Shown: piece after piece, positions 6,715 through 17,500 of the stretch
Numbering within the stretch: position 1 is the first letter of the stretch
How the letters are laid out: every line of letters starts with the position of its first letter
Origin: a virus
Taxonomy: Duplodnaviria > Caudoviricetes
Direction: 5' to 3' (one strand)
Virus record (IMG/VR): IMGVR_UViG_3300044272_005370
Location: 1-28,644 of that record
Length of the DNA stretch: 28,644 nt
Position numbers and translations under genes: made by a program
Notes under the pieces: model-generated
Databases searched by the model: none
Told to the model about the DNA's origin: nothing
Seen by the model: only the letters and a program-made list of their open reading frames with translations

Positions 6715-9700
6715 ATGTCTTTATTACCTACATATAACAGTTTAAGTGCTTTTTCACCTATCTATTTAAAAGATAAAGATGATAAGATTGAATTTATAAA
6801 TGAAGATAAATTTACTTCACAAGGTTTAAATTTATTAACTTATAATATTAATAAAAGTGCAAATGATAGTTTTATAAAGAATTATTCAGTTAATAATTTA
6901 GTAACTAATAAAAATTCTAATGAGTTATTTAGTTTAACTAAAAAAATAAATAAACAAGATCTTAATACAAAATTAATTTTTAAAAGTACTCAAAATATAA
7001 TTAGTGGGGGATTTTTTGCAAATGTTCAAAATAATAAAACTGATAAGGATTCATTTTTACTTTTTAGTGTAGATACATCTGAACTATCAGATAGATTTAC
7101 TTTTAGTGATAAATTTTTAGTAGATTTTTTAGATGATAATTATTGTACTGTCTCTTATATGGATGGAAAATTATCTAAGTTTTTATATGATAGAGATACT
7201 GATAATTTAGTCTTTAAATTTTTAAATTCACAACAAGTTACATTAACTTCAAATTACTATTTTAACTATTTTTATGATCAAGATAGAAATACTTTAAGAC
7301 TTTTTAAAGATAATAAAGTTGTAACAACTATTAAAACGCCAGTTACTGCAAATGTACAAGCTATTAGTACTAATGAAGGTGGGGAAAGTGTATTTATTCA
7401 AGAATTAGTTACACAAGTTGTTGATTCAGTTGGTTTAAGTGGTTTATCAGAAAATAATATAGCTAATGGCACTATTAAAGTAGATAATGTAATTAATTTA
7501 TTAAACAATAACAGTATAGATCAATTTGCTTTTTATGATTACAATAATAATTATAGTCTATCTAATGATACTATTAGTGGTATTAAATATGATTTTTTAA
7601 CTTATTATACATATTCAGATATTATTAGTGGAGAAAAATCATATGCTAATTTAAATTTCTTTAATTTAAAAAATCATATTTCTGAAAATAATTTAGTCTA
7701 TAGTGCCCCGACAGAAAATATAGATTCTAATTTAGAATATAGAGGTAGAGAATATCAAAATTTTACAAATCAAAAAAGTAAAGAAAAAGATTTTGATAAT
7801 ATATCTTTAAATTATACATTTTTTGACAAAGAATATAAAATAGGTTCAAAAGACTATACAGTTTTTACTTTACCAGATCGTTTATTCCCGTATAAAAAAA
7901 TTAATATTAACGATACCGATTTAGCTAGTAATGGCTCTTTTGCTGCATCTAATCCTTATTTTAGTGATAAAGTTTTTAAACTAACTGATACTAATAGAAA
8001 TAATTTACAAGATACATATATCGATGAAGAACAAATTTTAGTACTTGAAAATGATGTAAGTTTGTTTATGTTGCAAAGCGGTGATTTATTTGGTTTTGAA
8101 AGTTTAAATGATAAACAAGAAAATGATATATTTGGAGATTATTTATGTACTTGGTTAAAAGGGGATGGTATTGAAAAGGGTATTTGGTTTGATAGATATT
8201 ATTTACCTAAGTCGAATTCATATACTGTACCAGTTTCCGGTGATTTAAAATTATATGATAATTCTACCCAAGCCGCTGAATATTTTGAAGCTAACGATAC
8301 AACTGCAGTTTATTATGATTTAAGAAGTAATTTAACTTTTGAGCCAAGCGGTTCATACTTATATCAACGTATTAATAAAAAACAAATTGATACTTATATT
8401 GATTCTCAAAAAGACAGTTTAATAAAAGATACTTATACAATACAAACATCATCAGTACAACTACAAAATCAAAAAGTTGTTAATTTAACTAATACAAAAG
8501 GTTTTGATAAATTAGATGTTGAATCTATACCTAATAGAGATTTTAACATTGGTTTTGAGTTAGAATTAGATGCTTTATCTTCATTTAATTCATTTCAATT
8601 ATTTGGTAATTTATATGAAGATGGGTTTACTTTTAAAAATAATTATTTCTTTACTCCTTTTATCTTTATACCCCAAGGTAATGAATTGTATATATATGAT
8701 AATAATTTAAAACTACTTAGAGTCAACAAGTATGATACAACTGAAAATATTGTAGATGTTTTATATTTAGAACAAAATAATGATATAGTTTTAATATGTG
8801 ATAATAAATTAATTAAAACTAATTATTACGGCGAAACTATAAATGAAAGATATCCCGGTGATGGTGGTGTTAATAGTGATCTATTAATTGAAATTATTAA
8901 GTCTTATCAAAGTAAAACTTTTTATGGTTATAATAATGTTTTTATAATTACTAATCAATATCATACACAAAATAAGATAATTAATTTAGATTTAAATAAC
9001 CTTATACCTACTGAAAATCTATCTTTACAAACACAGTGGAAAAATGACTCTTTATCAGCATCTATTAAAAGTATAGTTCCTAGTTTAACCGGAAGTTACA
9101 GATATTTGATAGGTACTGAACCCAATAAACTTAATGATGAAATTGCATGTTCGTTAGATGTAGAAGATAGATTTATATCTAAACAAAATATACCAGGAAC
9201 TGCTTTTTTAAATACTACTATAGAACAAGAACTAAGTGGTGGTATAATAGCAGGTCAATCATTTGATGCTACTTATTATTCAATCATTAGAGCAGCTACC
9301 GCAGAAGCTGCATTTAATGATACACTTTTACACTTTTTTGATTTTATACAAGATGGAAGATCTAGAGTTATATTTGATAATTTAGCTTTACCACAAAAGG
9401 AAGACCCTATATTAGATAGTATTAATAGTAAAATTTATGATATTAATTCAGTAAAAGATAGGTTATTTGTTCAATATGTAAATATATCTGCATCACAAGG
9501 GTTTGTTCAAGAATTTACCCCTGAAAGATTTAAATTATCAGCTTACAAACTTAGTGAAACAGTACATACTGGTTATAAAGTTGACTTTATAGAAGAAAAT
9601 AAAGTATTAAAAATAATGTCTTTTGCAAGAGATTTATCTTCTAACATAGTAGTAGATAAAATAAATGCAAGCACCGGTATTTTAGAAGATACTCAAACTC

Positions 9701-10749
9701 TTTTATTAACTGGTAATAACACAGAAAGACGCGATGTTTATGTAGTTAAACAAAAAATATTATTATCAGAGTTAGGAACCCATCCTTTGACATCAAAATA
9801 TATCGATGGTATATATAAGTATAGAAGATTTGAATTCAAAGATTATAATGAATTAATACTCGCTCCTGGTGAATTTAATAAATTTAGTAGTCTTTCAAGT
9901 TTTGCATACGGAGCCGGCGGATCTAGATTTGATTTATTATCAGCTAATTATAATAATTTTACTCCCATAAATTATTATGCTTTAGATCAAAAATATAATA
10001 ATATTAGAGATCAATTTACTTTTAAACTTAATCTTAATACTTTAATTGATATTGAATATTTAACTACTCATTGGAATACTGCAGGTCCTCCAATATCAGC
10101 AACTGGATTTGCTCAATTTACTTGGAGTAACCCAGCAGCATCATTAAGTGGTTGGGATGGTGAGATTTTACCTATAACTTCGGAAGATCAAGCTAATATT
10201 GAAATAATTTTTACTGTACCTAATATATCTATTAATAATTATTTTAATATAGACTTAGATTTAAATGCAGGTAAAATACAGCTTTATAATAATGGTACTA
10301 TAATTGGAAGTGTAACTTTTAATCCTAATTTGATACCTATTGAAAGAATTATTTACCCAGAATTATTTATTAACACGCAAAATATACGTAATACCCCTAT
10401 TGATAATATTGTTAAAGATATTTCGTATAATAGTACTGGAGGTACGTTAAAGAATTTAAAAATTCATAATAAATCTTTAAACTATAGTTTAATTAATTAT
10501 TTAGAATTACAAACTAAAACTATTGATCCATTATTCTTTAGGGTCCCCGGGGGCTCTAGAAATAGTAATGAAGAAATAGACACCTTATTTACTTATAATA
10601 TACCGGGCAATACCAGTAATTTTATTAAAGTTAACATTAAAGATATTGATATAAATAATGATATAAAACAAAAATTAATAGATTATTTACAAAATTCAGT
10701 AGAAGTAGTTACACCCTCTCAACAAAAATTAATTTATAATATAGACTAA
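6715..10749 (+). CDS. Large putative virion structural protein (beta-rich, possible lectin/LamG-like C-terminal module)
   Basis: 1344-aa ORF with a late promoter, located within the tail/baseplate cluster; the domain call is tentative. Confidence 0.55.
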   Translation: MSLLPTYNSLSAFSPIYLKDKDDKIEFINEDKFTSQGLNLLTYNINKSANDSFIKNYSVNNLVTNKNSNELFSLTKKINKQDLNTKLIFKSTQNIISGGFFANVQNNKTDKDSFLLFSVDTSELSDRFTFSDKFLVDFLDDNYCTVSYMDGKLSKFLYDRDTDNLVFKFLNSQQVTLTSNYYFNYFYDQDRNTLRLFKDNKVVTTIKTPVTANVQAISTNEGGESVFIQELVTQVVDSVGLSGLSENNIANGTIKVDNVINLLNNNSIDQFAFYDYNNNYSLSNDTISGIKYDFLTYYTYSDIISGEKSYANLNFFNLKNHISENNLVYSAPTENIDSNLEYRGREYQNFTNQKSKEKDFDNISLNYTFFDKEYKIGSKDYTVFTLPDRLFPYKKININDTDLASNGSFAASNPYFSDKVFKLTDTNRNNLQDTYIDEEQILVLENDVSLFMLQSGDLFGFESLNDKQENDIFGDYLCTWLKGDGIEKGIWFDRYYLPKSNSYTVPVSGDLKLYDNSTQAAEYFEANDTTAVYYDLRSNLTFEPSGSYLYQRINKKQIDTYIDSQKDSLIKDTYTIQTSSVQLQNQKVVNLTNTKGFDKLDVESIPNRDFNIGFELELDALSSFNSFQLFGNLYEDGFTFKNNYFFTPFIFIPQGNELYIYDNNLKLLRVNKYDTTENIVDVLYLEQNNDIVLICDNKLIKTNYYGETINERYPGDGGVNSDLLIEIIKSYQSKTFYGYNNVFIITNQYHTQNKIINLDLNNLIPTENLSLQTQWKNDSLSASIKSIVPSLTGSYRYLIGTEPNKLNDEIACSLDVEDRFISKQNIPGTAFLNTTIEQELSGGIIAGQSFDATYYSIIRAATAEAAFNDTLLHFFDFIQDGRSRVIFDNLALPQKEDPILDSINSKIYDINSVKDRLFVQYVNISASQGFVQEFTPERFKLSAYKLSETVHTGYKVDFIEENKVLKIMSFARDLSSNIVVDKINASTGILEDTQTLLLTGNNTERRDVYVVKQKILLSELGTHPLTSKYIDGIYKYRRFEFKDYNELILAPGEFNKFSSLSSFAYGAGGSRFDLLSANYNNFTPINYYALDQKYNNIRDQFTFKLNLNTLIDIEYLTTHWNTAGPPISATGFAQFTWSNPAASLSGWDGEILPITSEDQANIEIIFTVPNISINNYFNIDLDLNAGKIQLYNNGTIIGSVTFNPNLIPIERIIYPELFINTQNIRNTPIDNIVKDISYNSTGGTLKNLKIHNKSLNYSLINYLELQTKTIDPLFFRVPGGSRNSNEEIDTLFTYNIPGNTSNFIKVNIKDIDINNDIKQKLIDYLQNSVEVVTPSQQKLIYNID

Positions 10750-10752
10750 AAT

Positions 10753-12741
10753 ATGGCAAACAAAATTACAACTGATTTCTATATAGGCAGAGATTTAGAA
10801 AACACTTCAAGCGAAGAATATAAATCAATAATTTCATCTAAAAAAATATCTTACTCAGAAGGAAGCGATTTTACATTTAACGGTTCTAATTATATAGGGT
10901 ATTATAATTACGATGGTGAAAATTTTTATAAAGGAAAAAAATTACAAAATGATATATTAACAGTTAATGAAAGTGCATATACTGATGTTTATAAATCTAA
11001 AAAATTCTTCGATAGGACTATTTTTACCGTTTTAGACACTTCGTATACTTTAGATGATATATTATTTAAACCGAATGAAATTATTAATAAAAATTCTATA
11101 AATTTTAAACTAAATTTAATGTATGAAAATTTTATTGATTTAGTTAGATTTACTAATATAAATGACCCATTAATACCGTCAGAGTTTAAATCATATGCTG
11201 TTTTATCTGCCACTGAAAATGGTACACAGTGGCAATGGATATCTGCAAGTGTAAGATTTATTTCAGGGGGTAGTGGAGGTACTACTTTTCAAGATAGTTC
11301 TGGATTAGAGCCGCTATCATCTTATAATCATCAATTTGATGATGTTGATAATGTTAACATTGAAACTTTCAGAAGTACTAAAGTTTCTGATGAATATACT
11401 TTATTTTTAACTACGAGTTCATTTTTATATGCATTTCAGTTAGATGATAATGATACTAAATTTGATTTTGTTTTAAGTGCAAATGGTGTGGGTATTGATA
11501 ATCAAATAAATTTCGGTAATATTACGTCGATCGCAGCTGATAAAGAAAATAATATTTTATATATAAACGATAGAGGTAGAAACCAAGTCTATAAAACTGA
11601 AACTAAAACTATTATTAATAAAGATAGGACCGGTATACGAAAAGTAAAATTATTAGAAACTATTGGGGGCCCGGGTGATGATGTAACTAACTTTAAAGAT
11701 AATTTTTATATTGAGTATGGTAATAAAAATATTTTTGTTTACGATGAAATAGAAAAATCAATTAAAAAATTTAGTGATAAATTCATATTTAAAATAAAAT
11801 ATTTAAATGAAAAATTATTTAAAGAGAAAATTTTTACTAGTATGACTTATAATAAAACTTATGATTTATTATATGTTCTTTTAAATGATTATACGGTATT
11901 AGTATTAAATGCTAATAATTTTGTTGAGGTTGATAGATACGGATTAACTAGTAACCCTTTTGAATTTAATATACCTCTTATTAATTTATTTGAAAAGCCA
12001 CAAAAATTAGTTTTTTCTGAAAATGATAGCAATATTTATTATTTACAAACTACAAAAAATGTATATAAATATTTTGTAAATACCCAGAAGAAAAATATAG
12101 AAAGATTTACAATTGAGTTAGAATTTGACTCAGTAGCATTATGGAGTACAGTTTTTGCTAGATTTTCTGCTTATGAGGTTGCGTGGGACGATTTACCAGA
12201 TTTTGAGAAATTTGCTTTAGCTAGTAATGGGTTAAAAATTATAGGTAACGATGCAAATCAATCAGATAAAGTTTTATTATTTTCAAATAGAAGAATATTT
12301 AGCTTTATCGAAAATAATACTTATATTTCAATGTTAAATACAAAAAGACCTAATTTTTATAAAAAAAGTGAAGTATTTATACAAAATGAATATTTTAATA
12401 ATATAACATTTAATTCAACTATATTTAGACATTTGTTTAATTTAAATTTATTAAGTTCAAATTTAAATAAGAAGTTAGTAGCTGAATTTGATACTGTTGA
12501 AGTGGATGGATATTTGAGATTTAAAGAATTTTTAGAATTAAGTTTTGAAGATAAATCTTCTTTAGAATTTGAAGATCAAAAACAATTTTTTCTCGGGGTT
12601 AATGAAACTTTAACAGGAAATACTTTGAATAGAATAATAACTAATATTTTTAACTACCAAAATAAAATAATACAAGCTATAAAAACGCTGAGGATTGGTC
12701 AAAGGATACCCGATCTAAAGACAGTACTTTTAGATAAATAA
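10753..12741 (+). CDS. Putative virion protein with NHL/beta-propeller-like repeats
   Basis: 662 aa. ITSIAADKENNILYINDRGRNQVYK and IGGPGDDVTNFKDNFYIEYGNKNIFVYDEIEKSIKKF resemble NHL blades. It starts 3 nt after the upstream stop. Confidence 0.55.
   Translation: MANKITTDFYIGRDLENTSSEEYKSIISSKKISYSEGSDFTFNGSNYIGYYNYDGENFYKGKKLQNDILTVNESAYTDVYKSKKFFDRTIFTVLDTSYTLDDILFKPNEIINKNSINFKLNLMYENFIDLVRFTNINDPLIPSEFKSYAVLSATENGTQWQWISASVRFISGGSGGTTFQDSSGLEPLSSYNHQFDDVDNVNIETFRSTKVSDEYTLFLTTSSFLYAFQLDDNDTKFDFVLSANGVGIDNQINFGNITSIAADKENNILYINDRGRNQVYKTETKTIINKDRTGIRKVKLLETIGGPGDDVTNFKDNFYIEYGNKNIFVYDEIEKSIKKFSDKFIFKIKYLNEKLFKEKIFTSMTYNKTYDLLYVLLNDYTVLVLNANNFVEVDRYGLTSNPFEFNIPLINLFEKPQKLVFSENDSNIYYLQTTKNVYKYFVNTQKKNIERFTIELEFDSVALWSTVFARFSAYEVAWDDLPDFEKFALASNGLKIIGNDANQSDKVLLFSNRRIFSFIENNTYISMLNTKRPNFYKKSEVFIQNEYFNNITFNSTIFRHLFNLNLLSSNLNKKLVAEFDTVEVDGYLRFKEFLELSFEDKSSLEFEDQKQFFLGVNETLTGNTLNRIITNIFNYQNKIIQAIKTLRIGQRIPDLKTVLLDK
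12733..12740 (+). promoter_or_regulatory. Late-type promoter box GATAAATA, 5 nt upstream of the tail-fibre ATG 12746
   Basis: TAAATA core overlapping the upstream stop codon; same spacing as other late genes. Confidence 0.45.
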
Positions 12742-12745
12742 TTAT

Positions 12746-13729
12746 ATGTCAACAGAAATTTCAGGATTAGCAGGTGAAATAATAGCGTTTACATACCCTT
12801 CAATTATTAAAGTTGCTGATAATCAGTTAATTCCAACAGTTGAAGGAGGTAATAGAAACACTATAGCTATTTTTAAAAATGATAATAGAGGTGATGCCGG
12901 TCCTAGTGCGTTGGCTAGATTAACTGATGGAAGTGGAAATTTAACTTCATTAGCAATTGGGCAAAAATTAGCAGGAGCTAAGGTATTTGGACCAACTATT
13001 ATTGAGGGTGACAGACAAGGTGGATGTGACGATATGCTTTTAGATGTGTTATGTGGAGGTGTTCGTATAGAAGATAATATATGTGTAAGAAACAATGGAC
13101 CCGGAGCTGATACCAATTTTATACTTGGAAAAACTTGTATGGATAACGTATGTGTTAGTAATGATTTATTAGTTACAAATAATGCAACAGTAAGTGGTGC
13201 TTTTAGGGTTGAAGATAATATTGTTCAAACTGATGGTAGTTGTTCAGTAACTTTTAATGGTGATTTATTTGTTGGTGATGACCCATCGGGTAGATGTTTC
13301 AGTGTTGATAGTACTTCAGGATTACTATTTTCTAAAGGGGCAGCAAATATTGGTGACAGTTGTTCTTCAAGTTCTATTACTTTAACTAATAAAGGAGTAT
13401 TGCAAAATTGCGGTGTAATTAGAGGTGATGCTGATATTATAGCTTTTTACTCATCAGATAAAAGACTTAAAGATAATATAACTAAAATTACTGATACAAA
13501 TAGTATTATCAATGGTTTAACTGGTTATAAATTTGAATGGAAAGAAAATGCAGATAGGCAAGGGGTGGATATGGGAGTAATAGCCCAAGATGTTAAAGAA
13601 GTTTTACCTGAAATAGTTCATGAAAGAAAAGACGGTTATTTAGCAATTGATTACGTTAAACTTATACCAGTATTAATAGAAGAAGTAAAAAGTTTAAATA
13701 ATAGAATTAAAGCATTGGAGGATAAATAA
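12746..13729 (+). CDS. Tail fibre/spike protein with C-terminal Peptidase_S74 intramolecular chaperone; Cys-rich shaft
   Basis: Autocleavage motif YSSDKRLKDNI, then GYKFEWK, GVIAQDV, YLAIDYVKLIPVLIEEVK and a terminal coiled coil. Confidence 0.88.
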   Translation: MSTEISGLAGEIIAFTYPSIIKVADNQLIPTVEGGNRNTIAIFKNDNRGDAGPSALARLTDGSGNLTSLAIGQKLAGAKVFGPTIIEGDRQGGCDDMLLDVLCGGVRIEDNICVRNNGPGADTNFILGKTCMDNVCVSNDLLVTNNATVSGAFRVEDNIVQTDGSCSVTFNGDLFVGDDPSGRCFSVDSTSGLLFSKGAANIGDSCSSSSITLTNKGVLQNCGVIRGDADIIAFYSSDKRLKDNITKITDTNSIINGLTGYKFEWKENADRQGVDMGVIAQDVKEVLPEIVHERKDGYLAIDYVKLIPVLIEEVKSLNNRIKALEDK

Positions 13730-14496
13730 TGGCAACTTTAGTAGGAAAAAATATAAATCAAACATTTAACGGATTATTAAAAACTAATAGTAATACTAGT
13801 CTCGTTAATTCAAATTTAATTACTGATGGTATAGGTACTGCAACTGCTTTAACTTTAGGTAAAAGTAATAATAGTTCAACTTTTGACAATTCATTAGTAG
13901 TATCTAATACATTATTAGTATGTAGCAATTTAACCACTAATAATAATTTACGTGTAAAAGGTACTGGTAGGTTTGATGATAATGTTACTATAACTGGTGA
14001 TGCAACTACTAATGCATTAACTGCAGGTAATTTCAAATTTACCGGATCAGGTACGTTTAACGGTTCTTTAAATATTAATAATGCATTAACAGTTACAGGT
14101 ACATCAAGCTTAGTAAATACCACAGTTACCGGAGATTTAGATGTTACTTGTGATTTAGGTGTAACTTGTAATTTAACAGTTGGTGGAGCTATTAGTGCTT
14201 CTGGTGATATTATAGCTTTTACCTCATCTGATAATAGATTAAAAGATAATTTACTACCTATAAGTTCTGAAAATTATGTTAAAAGTTTAACTGGTTATGA
14301 ATTTGATTGGAATGATAGATCTAAAAGATCAGGAAAAGGTAAAGGAATTATAGCACAAGATTTATATAAAATAGATAAAAGTTTAGTTAGAGAAAATAGC
14401 GAAGGCTATTTATCAGTAGATTATATTGGTTTAATACCAGTCCTAATTGAGGAAGTAAAAAGGTTAAACAAAGAAATAGAAGAACTTAAAAAATAA
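13729..14496 (+). CDS. Second tail fibre/spike protein with Peptidase_S74 chaperone (paralogue of the upstream gene)
   Basis: TSSDNRLKDNL, GYEFDWN, GIIAQDL, YLSVDYIGLIPVLIEEVK; beta-helix-like LxVxG repeats; TAATG overlap. Confidence 0.88.
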   Translation: MATLVGKNINQTFNGLLKTNSNTSLVNSNLITDGIGTATALTLGKSNNSSTFDNSLVVSNTLLVCSNLTTNNNLRVKGTGRFDDNVTITGDATTNALTAGNFKFTGSGTFNGSLNINNALTVTGTSSLVNTTVTGDLDVTCDLGVTCNLTVGGAISASGDIIAFTSSDNRLKDNLLPISSENYVKSLTGYEFDWNDRSKRSGKGKGIIAQDLYKIDKSLVRENSEGYLSVDYIGLIPVLIEEVKRLNKEIEELKK

Positions 14497-14500
14497 TTTT

Positions 14501-17500
14501 TTATTTAGTTCTGGCAATATAATCATAAAAAGGTTCTAAAAATCTAGAAAATTGGGTAGCATCACCTATTCCACCACCGGAATAACCATAGAAATTTTGA
14601 TCACCTATATAAACTATTTTGCCTTGTATGCCTGCATTTAAATGGCCGCTACTTCCATCCCATAAATGAATTGGAGATTCATTGTTTTCAGTACCATAAA
14701 ATACTTCATTATATATCGGTATTCCATTAGATCTAGAATTTTGTATAGTTTCAGAATATGCAACTGTAATTTGACCACTATTAACTATATCAGCACTTAA
14801 AGCTTGAGTTGTTGGGTTCAGATAAACAGTACCGGAATTGCTTCTATCTTTCCACCCGCTATTCGACCCGGTAACTCCTCCCATATTATATATTAACTCG
14901 GTAATTTGCCCAGAACATCCTTCTGCACCATCATCGGCTGATGTATAACTGTTATAATTCCAGTGTTCAGAAAGTTTTATAACTGTACCTCCTCTTGTAA
15001 CGAAACCGCTTAATTTTTCTATAGTAGTTGCGGTAAATTGAATATCAGTATAATTTAAAGAATTTACATCAGTTATCCAAACAACATCATAAGTATCAGA
15101 ATCAAGTAAAGTATCTAAATCATTTGAAGAAGATGTATATTGAGATATCGTAAACATATCTATATCATCTTGGGATCTAAACGCATTAGTACCAGCGCCA
15201 AAGTAGGAGGTTGAACTAGATGAGTAAATTGACTGACCTCTTATTTCTAACATTTTTAATGATTCAGTTTCTGGATTAGTTGACGTATCAATAATACATG
15301 CAGAAACTGAAGCTTTACCATTATCTAATGATAATACAAATCCTTTATTACCGTCGGTCAATAAATCGGCTGATAAAGTAAATAATGTAGTTGCAGCACT
15401 ACTAGCAACTGTAAATGTACCTGTTGATAATTGTTGCATATCAGTTGAAGATATACCAGTAACCGTATAATTTAAAGTAGTACTATCACTTACTCCCACT
15501 GTGTTAAGAATAACATTAAAACTGCTACCTTCATTAATATATAATGGACTTGATAAACTATAAGTTTCTACTGACGTATCATTAATAGTAACTGACTTAG
15601 AAGCTTCACCATTATCTAAAGTTATAGTAAACGTTTGTGACCCTTCAGTTGTAACATCATTATTTACATTAAAAGTTGCAGTTGCTGTATTACTCGTAAC
15701 ACTAAAGTTACCTGTTAATGATTCTGAAATATCTCCACTTTCTATACCTGTAATAGTATATGGTACAGAAGTACCATCTGCAACTCCTGCGGTCGTTAAT
15801 GTTATAGTAAAGCTATCTCCTTCATTTACTGAGGTTGTGCTAGCCCCTAAACTAAAAGTACTTACTGAAGTATCATTTATAGTTATTTCTTTTGATGCTT
15901 TACCATTATTAAGTGCTACTGTAAATGTTTCAGATCCTTCAGTAATAGTATCTGAACTTAATGTTAAAGTAATTGAGTCAGTAGTATCCGTTATAAAATT
16001 ACCGGTTAAAGTAGATAATCCTACAAAATCATTAATACTTATTCCTGGACCTGAAATAGTATATGGTAAAGTAGTACCTGAAGAAACATTTTGCGTAGAA
16101 AGTGCGATTTTTACTGTACTACCTTCATTAACTGAAGCTTTATTACTTGACAATTCAAATGCCTGTGTTAAAGATGTGTCATTTATAGTTACTGCCTTAG
16201 AAGCTTGACCATTGTTTAAAGCTATAGTAAATGTTTCTGATCCTTCAGTAGTAAGATCACTTTCAACATTAAAAGTTTTGACTGATATATCATTATTGAT
16301 TGTAAAAGAACCAGTGGTAGATTCAGATATATCTTCATTTTGTATACCCGAAATCGTAAATGGTATTGACGTACCATCATTAATACCAGTTGCACTTAAT
16401 AAAATTGAAAATGTATCACCTTCATTAACTGATGTCTTATTACTTGATAAAGTATATGATATAGTTTCTGTAGTAGAAAAAGTTACACTTGTTCTTGATG
16501 CAGGTATTTCAACATGGTCAGAAGTTGCTAAAAAAGCTTCTAGCGTATGATCCCCATACGATACCCCGGTAAATGTATAACTTCCATCAAAATCTAAATC
16601 TCTAACATCAGAACCCCCATCAAGAATTAAATGAACATGATCTACTGTATAACCAGCACTAGGGTCTAAGAATTGAGGATAATACTTATATAAACATGTA
16701 AAGCTATTTGATTCTATATTTTGCCCAGCTTCAGGGCTTGTTATAACTAATAATTGTCCTAATTGATCTGAAAGTGGTCCAGGTTCATAATACATAAATG
16801 AAGCTGATCCTGAGGTACCTACTAGCTGACTATTAGCTGATGATAAAGTTGATAAATTTAGATAACTACCAGCTTCTTCACTATATTCCATTTTACCATA
16901 TATAAATTCACTGTTAGTTTTTATACTATCAATTATTTCAAAATTTTCGTCTGGAGAGGTAAAGAAAAAACTTTTATTTTCATATTGTAAATTTTTATTT
17001 TCTAAATAATCAACACCTTGTTGTAATTTATTTAAATTACCTTGTACACTTAATTTAATTCTATAATCATTAGCGGATAAATTGCGAGACGTAACAATAT
17101 TATTGTATCTTGATATATAAAATTTTATAGTACTTTCACATGCATCTTGAGTATTTGCACTTTGGGTTAAAAAAATTTTATCAGGTACGGGGTCATTAAT
17201 ATTAACTATATAACTTTCTTTACCCCTAAAAAAATTACCTGCACTATTTGTAACCACTAATGTAATAGGAAAATTTCCCGAGGTTTTATAGGTATGAAAA
17301 GCTGACAAATTATTTTCTACTATAGTTCCATCTCCAAAATCAATAAAAAAGTCTGTATCTGAAATAGATGCATCAGCAGTTTGAAAATTAGGTATAGCAT
17401 ACACACCGCCGAAATTACCAGTATAAACAACTGCTTGAGAAGTATTTTGAGATTCACCTAATATTTTTTGAAATCTATTATCATATATATTCAACGGGAT

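Noticed and set aside
10989-11213. 74-aa minus-strand ORF
   Set aside because: Antisense shadow wholly inside the 662-aa gene; no motif or promoter.
12823-14123. Minus-strand ORFs 12823-13116 and 13758-14123
   Set aside because: Antisense shadows of the two fibre genes, explained by their codon bias.
15837-16550. Plus-strand ORFs 15837-16208 and 16212-16550 that look repetitive
   Set aside because: Antisense readouts of the Calx-beta-like repeats, with non-ATG starts.
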